The translations under genes and the position numbers were made by a program. 64,000 nt of DNA from Owenia fusiformis (Eukaryota): positions 22,444,001 to 22,508,000 of the forward strand of contig CAIIXF020000001.1 in the NCBI GenBank assembly GCA_903813345.2. Direction: 5' to 3'. Below are positions 1-9,230 of the stretch, in pieces (the first letter of the stretch is position 1; every line of letters begins with the position of its first letter). The notes under the pieces were generated by a model, which worked only from the letters and a program-made list of their open reading frames with translations, made no database searches and was not told the DNA's origin.

Positions 1-3000
1 CAAGTGACCTCACAATGGGGGAACTCCAAGTGGGTCAACTCTGTGCTGCGTTCTATGAGAACCTCTGGTACAGGGCTACCATACATGCAGTCCTTGGCAA
101 TATGAAGCAGGTAATGGCTTACTTATATGGGTACACATATAGAGGATATTCTTGGGGGGGATTGTATATTGGGTTTATCTTGATGAAATGTTATCTTATT
201 CATGGTAAAATTCTTGTGATCTGATTGCAGTCTACATTGGTGTCTGTCTACTTTGTGGACTATGGTGACTTTGGAGTTGTACCAAAGAAACACTTGAAAC
301 CCCTGGTGACTCAATTCAGGCAGCTACCATATCAAGCAACAAGAGTACAGTTGCAAGGTGAGTAGCTTGAGTTTTACCAATGTAAGAGTACAGTCGCAAG
401 GTGAGTAGCTTGAATTTACCCAAGAGCACAGCTGCAAGGTGAGTAGCTTGAATTTACCCAATCGTAGTGTTGTCGCGATTAATCGATACATCGCGATATA
501 CATCGCCAAAACTGATTCTGGCGATGCATCGATGTCTGAAACAAAACATCGATGTTTTTAAAAAAAATTAATTTGCGATAAATCACCCTTTCTTATCTTA
601 TTTTGACGCAAATCGCTTACCTTTCTCATGACTTATTTCATTTTCCAATGTTTTCTGATGTTCTTTCCCTTTAAAACTGTTTTCGCTAGTCGAAATGAAC
701 CATTAATCTAAAAAATTACTTTCATTTTGTTATTAGAAGTTCCCGGATGTACCACGCACTCTTATTATCCCACCGAACGAAGTTCGAGGGGGATATAGAA
801 AAGCCGTCCATAAATTCGTATACTAAGAAAGCTATAACAAGAAATAAATGGATATGTACTAAATACAATATGCAGGAGAATATCATCATGAAGCACTGGA
901 AAATTAACGAGAGAAGAGAACATTAACAAATGAATATGAAACAGTATATTCTCCGCAAAGAGGGTAAACTAAGAGGACAAATCAACATAAGACCAACAGT
1001 AAGGGGAAGGGGAGAGTTTTCCGGCCGGATTAAAACGTTTAACCCACCTATGCGCAGTCTCAAGTCTGTGGACCCTGAAGAAAGATAACTAACATCGCAA
1101 TCAAATCAAGACAAAGAAAGAAGAAAATAAATGAAGAAACCAATGCAGCAAAAACAAATGACGTCCGTCCGTTCGTCCGTCCGTCCGTTCGTGTGTCCGG
1201 GCAATAACTCAAATACCGGTTGACGGATTTCATTCAAATTTTATAGGCTTATGCCTTATGGGTGTAGGACCTCTGCTCGAGAAGGAATTTTCAATATGGC
1301 CGCTTAATTCAAAATGGCGGCCATTTTTCGGAAAAAATATAATCTTTATTAACTCAAATACTAGTGGATGGATTTGGATCAAATTTTATATGCTGTTGCA
1401 TTGGTACAAAGGAGCTTTGCTCAAGAAGACATTTTCAAGATGGCCACCAAATTTCAAAATGGCGGCCATTTTTCGTAAAAAAACGTTATCTTTGATAACT
1501 CAAAGACCATAAAATGGATTTGGTTCAAATTTTAGATGCTGATGCCTATGGAGTATGGACATTGGAGCTCTGCTCAAGAAAGGATTTTCAAGATGGCAGC
1601 TAAATTTCAAAATGGCTGCCATTTTTCATAAAAGAACGTAACCTTTGATAACTCAAATACCAGTTGACGGATTTGGTTCAAATTCTATATGCTGATGCCT
1701 AGAGACAAAGAAGTTCTGCTCAAAAATAAATTTTCAAGATGGCCACTGAATTTCAAAATGGCCGCCATTTTTCGTAAAAAACGTAATTAATGATAACTCA
1801 AATACTAGTGGATGGATTTGGTTCCAATTTTATATGCTGATGTTTAGGGGAAAAGGAGATCTGCTTCTGAAGAAATTTCAAAGGCGATAGCTGAATTTCA
1901 AAATGGCTGCCATTTTTCATTAAAAAAGTAATCTTTGATAACCCAGATACCATTGGACGGACATTCTCTGCTAAAGAAGAAATCTAAAGATGACAGCTGA
2001 ATTTCAAAATGGCAACCATGTTTCATAAAGACATAATCTTTGATAATTCAAATACCAGTGGATGAATCTGGCTCAATTTTTTTATCAAAACATGTTTTGT
2101 TCGGTGGGATTTGCTACTCCGTGGAGTTGCTGTTTTTCTAGTTAATTGTTCTGTTCGGTATTTTAGTGCATTAGCGTTCGGTATTTCAGTGCAACTTGCT
2201 CGGACTTTTTCTCGATGTACATCGCGATGTCCATCGATGTTTACTACTGAAAATTGCCGATGCATCGATGTATGATAATGGCACATCGCGACAACACTAA
2301 CCCAATGTAAGGGTACAGCTTCAAGGTGAGTAGCTTGAATTTACCCAATGTAAGGGTACAGCTGCAAGGTGAGTAGCTTGAATTTACCCAATGTAAGGGT
2401 ACAACTGCAAGGTGAGTAGCTTGAATTTCCCTAAGAGCACAGCTGCAAGGTGAGTAGCTTGAATTTCCCCAATGTAAGAGCACAGCTGAAAGGCGAATAC
2501 AATGTAATTTGAATTTCACCAATGTCAGACTACAGCTGCGAGTGGTGTATATTGAATTTCCCCAATGTTAGAGTACAGCTGTAAGGCAAGTATCTTGAAT
2601 TTCCCCTAATTTTCCTTAATCTGTCAATGACTTAGTTTATCTGTTCAAATGAAATCAAAGTTTCGTAGTTTTTCTGAATTTTCTACTACTACTAGCAGAA
2701 AATATTCAGAATGGAAAAGATTTTAAATATGATTTGCACGCCCAGTGATCGTGAATTTGGGATGGAGGGGGGAGCAGGCAATTTCTGCTAGGAAATTCAA
2801 CAAATCTGGAAGATTTATTTTTTCAAGAAAAAGTTTACTATTGAATTGGTAAATGGATAGGTGCACGGTATGGTAAAATATGTTAGGTTTTCTGGGATTT
2901 TTTCTGAAACACTACGCATCTAAGGTATGAGATCTATTAAAAAAGGCGCAAGGCCATCAACAGGCACAAATCAACGTTTTTGCTATAAATCAAGCAACAA

Positions 3001-5537
3001 TGGTCTGGACGACCTGTAATAAATACTTGTAAGTGATTTTATCATAACTAAATTAATGTCATTGCTGAATTTATAAAATAAGTTTCCATATGTGAAATAA
3101 AAAATAATCGAAAATAATGAATTTGGGACGGAGGGGGGGGAGGGGACGGAGGGGGGAGCAATATGTATATAAGACATGATTAGAGATGTTTCGCGACTTT
3201 AAGTCCTTTTACTCCAAATGTCCCCATTTTTCAGTCTCCAGGGGTAGTGGTGTCAATTAACCGCTTGAGCATTAACCGGTTAACCGGGGGTTTTTACCAG
3301 TTAAAGTCTGTTAACCGGTGGGAAATTTGAACTTATAATTTCAAATGAAATCTTCATCTTCGATCTTGAAAGTTGAAAAAATTGGAAAAATGATATATCG
3401 GCATTTATTTTTTACGTTCGTCAAGCTTTACGCTATTCTATGTAAGTAAGCGCGGGAAAGCAATGTGGCAGGGATTAAAGTTGCTGATTGGATGTTTGTA
3501 AGGAATTATTGGACCTATCACATGTATGAGTAGCTCACATGAAACTGACGCTTGAAAAACAAACAGATTAAAATGCAAAGTAAGCGCGGGAAAGCAATGT
3601 GGCAGGGATTAAAGTTGCTGATTGGATGTTTGTAAGGAGTTATGGGACTTATGACATGTATGAGTAGCTTACGTGAAACTGACACCATAAAACCAAACGG
3701 ATTAGCATGCAAAATAAGCGCAGGAAATAACAGAATTATACACGGTCAACTAACCGCCCATAAAAACTCAGACCGGTCAAGGCATTATCGGCGGTTAACC
3801 GGTTAACCGGTTAATACTTGACACCTCTATCCAGGGGTATATCATCCAGTTTCTTACTAAGTTAATGAGTTCATTTTTCAAATACAAGAATTCGTGTGAA
3901 GTTGTTTCACTTTATAGAATTATTACTCCCCCCTCTGTCCCCTCCCCCCCCCCCCTCCGTCCCATTTTAATTATTTTTGATTATATTTTATTTTACATAT
4001 GGAAACTTATTTTATAAATTCAGCAATGACATTAATTTAGTTATGATAACATCACTTACAAGTATTTATTACAGGTCGTGTAGTCCATTGTTGCTTGATT
4101 TATAGCAAAAACTTTGACTTTTGCACGTTGGTTGCGTTGCACCTTTTTTAATAGATCTTATATCTTAAAAGAGTATCGGTTGAAAAATAATCCTAGAATA
4201 CCTTACATATTTTATCATACCGTGCGCTTATTCAATTTGCAATTCAATCGTAAACTCCGTCTTGAAAAAATAATTTTACCAGATTTGTTGAATTTTCTAG
4301 CGGAAATTGCCTGCTCCCCCCCTCCGTCCCATTTTCACGATCACCGGGCGTGATTTGGGAAATGTATATATTTTTTAATTAAAAGGAATGCTACTTATTT
4401 TGTTTCTAGTTTTCACTTTGTATGATTTCTGTAATATTATTGAATACCAGTAGCTATTCTCATTATTATTTAGCAAGTTTACAATATTTCCTTGACTGCA
4501 CTTTGTGGATCAATAGAACCAAATGCAGATAGGGATGGCTTTCTTTAAATTCAGTAGTTGTTTTAATTTTAAATAGATCACATTGACCTTTATATGTTAA
4601 TCAAATATTTTTTTCATATGTGTACAAAATTGAAGTCTTCAAACATTCTTATAAAAATATATATTCAGATTCTGAGGAAAATGAAATTCAAGATCAGCTC
4701 ATCAAGCTAAAATTAACTTTCTCCCTGATATAGCTCATGATTTGATTGACAGGTCTATTTTTGCACTTTCCATATTTGGGTGAAATTGATGACCTGTGTT
4801 ATAAATTCAAGGTCAGGCTGATCTGGTCACTCTCTAAGGCAATTTTAAAACTACTTTTGACGGAAATTCATCAATTCTATCTTCATATTTCTAAGTTATA
4901 ACACATTTATAGAAAAATTGTTCTTTCAAAACATTCTTAAATTTCTTTTATCAGCTTATATGTGAAGTTTTAGTTCCAATAATTTCATTTTGAAATGAGA
5001 TTTTTGTTGCATTCTATGGGACTGTTTTGTGAAAGAATAACAAACTTTCATTCTCTTTACATCTACAAGGTTTCAATTGATTTTATTGTCTGATGGGATT
5101 AAATCACAAAAGATATTTACCTTGGTTCATGCATTTTAGAGCTTCTTTTTTCAAAATGGTACCATTTTGTTTGACATTTTTTGCTATATCTTGAATACTG
5201 CTAGGCAGATTTTGGTCAGATTTGAAATGTAATTGGATAGAATATTATATCAGACATTGGAACTCTGTAGTCATACTATAATATACACTATTGACTTTCT
5301 TTTATTCCAGGAATTAAGCCAGTTACAGGAGACACATGGACTGAGGAGTCCAAGATGAGATTTCAAGATATCGTTATGGAAAAGGACTTTGTTGCGTTAA
5401 TCAAAAAGTTTCCATCCGATGAACCAGAAGACAATAAAGTTCCTAAAGTCTCCGTCCAACTTATCGACACGAGTGGAGACTCTGATATCATCATACACAA
5501 TATTTTAGTTGAGGAAGGATATGCTGTGCTATCATAG
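1..5537 (+). CDS. 3' part of a Tudor-domain protein, TDRD7/tapas-like; exons <1-110, 231-357, 5311-5537
   Basis: Spliced translation ...GQLCAAFYENLWYRATIHAVLGNMKQ/STLVSVYFVDYGDFGVVPKKHLKPLVTQFRQLPYQATRVQLQ/GIKPVTGDTWTEESKMRFQDIVMEKDFVA...VQLIDTSGDSDIIIHNILVEEGYAVLS* has the extended Tudor motifs (WYRA, FVDYG, LPxQA, W..E...F). Donors GTAATG (111) and GTGAGT (358), acceptors TGCAG (230) and TTCCAG (5310); phases 0 and 1 are consistent. The LIDTS..D C-terminus resembles TDRD7 from memory, so orthology is not confirmed. Confidence 0.9.
810..1161 (+). mobile_element. 352-bp purine-rich non-coding insertion containing a twister-like ribozyme
   Basis: Interrupts the GTCC microsatellite of the host element (CGTCC on both sides); absent at the equivalent position of the sister element at 56614-57799; no ORF of 60 aa or more. 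Confidence 0.7.
1002..1076 (+). ncRNA. Candidate twister self-cleaving ribozyme, circularly permuted (P5-type)
   Basis: GGG-GA-GAG (1009-1016)...U^AA-CCC-AC-CUAUG-CGCAG-UCUC-AA-GU-CUGUG (1040-1070) maps onto the twister pattern UAA-P2-GC-P3-P4-UCCCAAGC-P4'...P2'-GA-GGG, with both pseudoknots kept by compensatory changes. P1 is atypical. Confidence 0.7.
2737..4352. mobile_element. Non-autonomous DNA transposon with ~430-bp TIRs, CAC...GTG ends and 5-bp TSD (Transib-like)
   Basis: CACGCCCAGTGATCGTGAA at 2737 vs TTCACGATCACCGGGCGTG ending 4352; arms ~2737-3160 and ~3925-4352 are diverged inverted copies; TSD ATTTG at 2732-2736 and 4353-4357. Confidence 0.85.
3245..3829. mobile_element. hAT-type MITE nested inside the 2737-4352 element
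   Basis: TIRs TAGTGGTGTCAA / TTGACACCTCTA, subterminal TTAACCGG repeats, perfect 8-bp TSD TCCAGGGG (3237-3244, 3830-3837), internal ~135-bp tandem duplication. Confidence 0.9.
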
Positions 5538-6868
5538 TGAAGGAAACAGAAAGTCTTAACTCTAGTCTCAAAACTGAGACAATATGTTTAACCTGATATG
5601 TCAGAGGAATTATTCTATATGTGTAATAAGAAGACTAGTTGATGTATATGTGAAGCTTTTGTGGTCATGTTAAATAATTATCAGAGGTTTCTGATCTGAA
5701 ATCCAAAGATCATGAATACACATTATATTATAAGAAAATAATTATTCATTGTTAAAATGAATTATAAACAATTTCTACACTTAAAGTGTAAATCGTAAAT
5801 AGCAATATGCAATAATAATGCTACATATTATTGTATACTAGGGAGTTTGCCTTGTGTGCACTATTCTATTACAGTATTGTAACCTAAGTTAAAACCTAAA
5901 TTGTATTCAGATCCCAAGAGACTGACTGATAAAGCAGTTATAAAACTGTTTTTGATTGATTTATCATAAAATCAAAATTCATCGATTTATTATTACGACA
6001 CGAGTGGAGACTGATATTATCTCTAATATTATTAAACCAAAATTCATCACTGTCTTGTATAAATGGTAAAAACCATCATATTTGCACAAATGATCATCAC
6101 TATGTGTTTGATTAAAAATCAATTTGAAATAAATATATTTCATTTTATATATCAATTTAATTCAGTTTTTCTTGATGTGCGTATTACTTACTATTGACAA
6201 GGATACTAGGAATGTATTGTAGTACATTAGAGATTATAGAGATTATTGGGGTGTAATATAGATGTCACTGATTTATCAATTGGGTTGAGAAAACACAAGG
6301 TCAATATCTGAACAACAAACTAAACAATCCCTTAAAATCATGGTCGACCAGTATTGAATGTCTTGAAAGAGTATTGGCCTATTTTGTGTATATGGTCTTA
6401 CTAAAGTTCTTTGACATCTTGTTTTAATAGTTCACAAATATAGATGAAAAGTATAAATTCAATTGTTTTTATTTCATAGACAAAAGAACGGGTAAGATTA
6501 TTGATGTTACTACAAACAAACTTCTTAAGTCGATTATTGGAGCAGCTGAGTTTTCAGATATCCTTTCATAGAAAATCAATTCCCATTTAGATGATAAACA
6601 CCAAAACACTTTAATTATTTCACAATATTTTATTTTCTTTATTTCAAACCATACACTACACTGTAAAGTTATTTTAAAATTGTGAATTTTCTTCATCTTC
6701 ATAACATCATTGTGTCAAGTTGACACTCGTCATAAATTATAATGTCTACTGTAGCATTCTGATTTAACATGAGGGTACACGTTGATGCTGGCTCCATGTG
6801 GCTTTCACGCACCCCCATGTACATTCAGTATCTCAAAATCTAGTGTCAAACAAATGATCATCATTGTC

Positions 6869-7015
6869 ACCTGTCTAAGTGGAACACTTTTGGTACCTCT
6901 TGGTTTCACACTTGGGAGGTGTTTCATTAAAAGAGGTTCGTTAACATTAAGTCAGTTGATCTTTGGACTCTGAAAAGTGCTCCACTAACAGAGGTGTTCC
7001 ACTTTACAAGTTTTC
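6869..7015 (-). mobile_element. Degenerate copy of the pogo/Tigger-like MITE family seen at 50241-50425
   Basis: AAGTGGAACAC / GTGTTCCACTT motifs and internal sequence match the reverse complement of 50241-50425. Confidence 0.65.
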
Positions 7016-7348
7016 GCAGGATTGTAGATTGATTATCCATGAATTGGAAATGTTTCAGCTTTCATTGTCATGAATTAAGACTAGGATCAAGGTGAACTGA
7101 GGGCACATTCGAAAGGGAGAAAAAAATTTGTCTGTCAAATCCTTAATAATAAGCAATCGAATGAGCACAGTGTGGTCAATTAAAAAGAAATTGAAAAAAT
7201 TCATTTGAAAATAAAACATTCATATTTTAGATGCATAATGTGGATTTGGAAGGCATTTGTCTCCTTTCTAATTCCTTAATCTACATTCTACAATTATATT
7301 TAGAAATATCCCCATGTATATCAGATATAAAAAACAAATTGTTAGAGA

Positions 7349-7396
7349 TTACGAATTTTCGATACAGTTACTTTGGTATATATCTTCATCAGGTAA
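7349..7396 (-). ncRNA. Minimal type I hammerhead ribozyme motif (Penelope-type)
   Basis: Minus strand reads UUAC-CUGAUGA-A-GAUAU...GUAUC-GAAA-AU-UC^-GUAA: complete core, 5-bp stem II, 4-bp stem I, palindromic AAUU stem III. Confidence 0.65.
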
Positions 7397-7427
7397 GCCT
7401 GTTTCTTCATCAGGTTTCTTCCTCTGT

Positions 7428-7472
7428 TTACCTGATGAAGATATATAATATAGACATATCGAAATTTTGTAA
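7428..7472 (+). ncRNA. Second minimal hammerhead motif, inverted relative to the first
   Basis: UUAC-CUGAUGA-A-GAUAU...AUAUC-GAAA-UU-UU-GUAA; core and stems I/II intact, stem III palindrome mutated. Confidence 0.55.
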
Positions 7473-7508
7473 TCACTCATTAACTATGACATCACATGTA
7501 TCCTATGT

Positions 7509-8359
7509 CACCCTATGCAGACAGAGCCTGTGGGAAATATTGGGTGCGGATCAAATGAGCGGAGGGTGCGGAGCTAACGGTCATTTTTGAATTTAAATTT
7601 GGGATATTTCTGAAACTAAGCCGTTTTGGGACTTCAAATATACCAAGATATGTGTATTTGACACCAAATATCAATACAATTGTGAAAATAGTAGCGCAAT
7701 TCATTCTATAGCGACGGAGTGTGCCTTAAACCTTTCCCAGACCTATATATTTTGAAATTATCCCTTTAATACTGAGTCCCCAGCATTCATAAAAAATGGT
7801 GTTCAAGGTACACTATCTATACAAATTATTTTTGCATCTTGGAAGCCAGGCAGTATCTGTGTGATTTTATAAAAATTCGGAAATGTTTTTCAGATATGAG
7901 CCCCCTCTAAATATTGGGTGCGGAGGAGCTCCATAAACGTACCTCCGCACCCAATATTTAGAGGGGGCTCATATCTGAAGAACATTTCCGAATTTTTATA
8001 AAATCACATAGATACTGCCTGGCTTCCAAGATGCAAAAATAATTTGCATGGGTAGTGTATCTTGAACACCATTTTTTATGAATGCTGGGAACGCAGTATT
8101 AAAAGGATAGTCTCAAAATATATAGGTCTGGGAAATGTTTAAGGCATACTGCGTCGCTATAAAATGAATTGCACTACTATTTTCACAATTTTATTGATAT
8201 TTGGTGTCAAATACACATATCTTGGTATATCTGAAGTCCCAAAACGGCTTAGTTTCAGAAATATCCCAATTTTAAATTCAAAAATGACCGTTAGCTCCGC
8301 ACCCTCCGCTCATTTGCGCCGCACCCAATATTTCCCACAGGCTCTGTCTGCATAGGGTG
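7509..8359. mobile_element. 851-bp near-perfect palindromic MITE, CAC...GTG ends, 5-bp TSD (Transib-like)
   Basis: CACCCTATGCAGACAGAGCCTGTGGGAAATATTGGGTGCGG from 7509 and its reverse complement ending 8359; arms ~420 bp meet at a ~14-bp spacer (7928-7941); TSD TATGT at 7504-7508 and 8360-8364. Confidence 0.92.
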
Positions 8360-9230
8360 TATGTGAATATTATTGATTACCAGGGAGTAGTCATTCCCTG
8401 GTATTGTTGAGGCAAAATATGGGACATCCAGAATGTCAGATATTTGATAGCATTATTCATGAATCATGAATTTATGTATATGTTTTGTATTCGGAAAATC
8501 ACTTTGAATTGATGCTCCATTTGTAGCACGATTTGTACTTTTGTTGAAAACAATACATAAATCTGGTATTAAATCAATAATTCACATATTGCAGTAATGC
8601 GTGATCCTGATATCCAATAGTCATCCATGTTCACAGGTTTCCACACAGACATAGATGAATTTTTGATCACTCAGGAAATCATCATCACTTAAATAAGCAT
8701 CCTGATAATAACTAAAGCATGTCAGAGGATGGAAGTTTTAATTGCATGTCACAATAGGCTATTAACTAGGGTACCATATTTGTTTCATAAGAGTAAGAGG
8801 TGGTAAAAATACCATAAGTTCCCATACATATCTCTAATACTAATCTACTAGTGTTATGATTGCTCTAGTATATCAACACAAGAATATTGATGGATACCTT
8901 GAAAATCAGTAAATAGCTGTTATTTTAATGATAAATTATACCTCCTCTTTGCTCTTAATGTATCGTAAGGTACATACCATTTATGGTGTCCATATTAAGT
9001 TGTAATACCTGTACTTGTATATTTACACCCCCAATCTGCAACATCATCTTGCAGCGCTGTAAACAGTACTGAACAGAGCTGTTTAAGCACTGCGCTGTAC
9101 AGCACTGTTTCAGAAAACAGCGATGTACAGTACTGTTTTTACAATGCTGTCCAGTACTGTTTCATAAACAATGCTCTATGGTGCTGTTTGAGATTGGCAG
9201 TGTATTGATCTCAATATTGTCTTTTATTAG

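Larger units (their letters stand above)
762..2143 (+). mobile_element. Helentron-associated non-autonomous element (DINE-1/CvA/HINE type), family A
   Basis: Subterminal inverted repeats ATCCCACCGAAC (767) / GTTCGGTGGGAT (2099-2110), (GTCC)n microsatellite, about 6 tandem ~146-bp cores containing AAAATGGCGGCCATTTT, 3' hairpin GCTACTCC-GT-GGAGTTGC and CTAGTT end. Shares its 5' end with the element at 56614-57799. Confidence 0.85.
465..2299. mobile_element. Non-autonomous hAT-like TIR element carrying nested insertions
   Basis: 15-bp TIRs TAGTGTTGTCGCGAT (465) / ATCGCGACAACACTA (ends 2299), subterminal ATCGAT/ATCGCGAT repeats, imperfect ~8-bp TSD (ACCCAATCG left, ACCCAATG right). Confidence 0.8.
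341..2605 (+). repeat. ~38-43 bp minisatellite derived from the exon end plus 5' splice site, split by the transposon at 465-2299
   Basis: Unit AAGAGTACAGCTGCAAG|GTGAGTAGCTTGAATTTACCCAATGT; 3 copies at 341-464 and about 7 progressively decayed copies at 2300-2605. Confidence 0.9.

Noticed and set aside
2737-2780. V(D)J-like RSS (heptamer-spacer-nonamer) in the CAC-ended elements
   Set aside because: Only CAC matches; no ACAAAAACC-like nonamer at 12 or 23 bp in either element.
7513-8355. Twin 63-aa ORFs on opposite strands
   Set aside because: A by-product of the palindromic MITE arms; no coding features.
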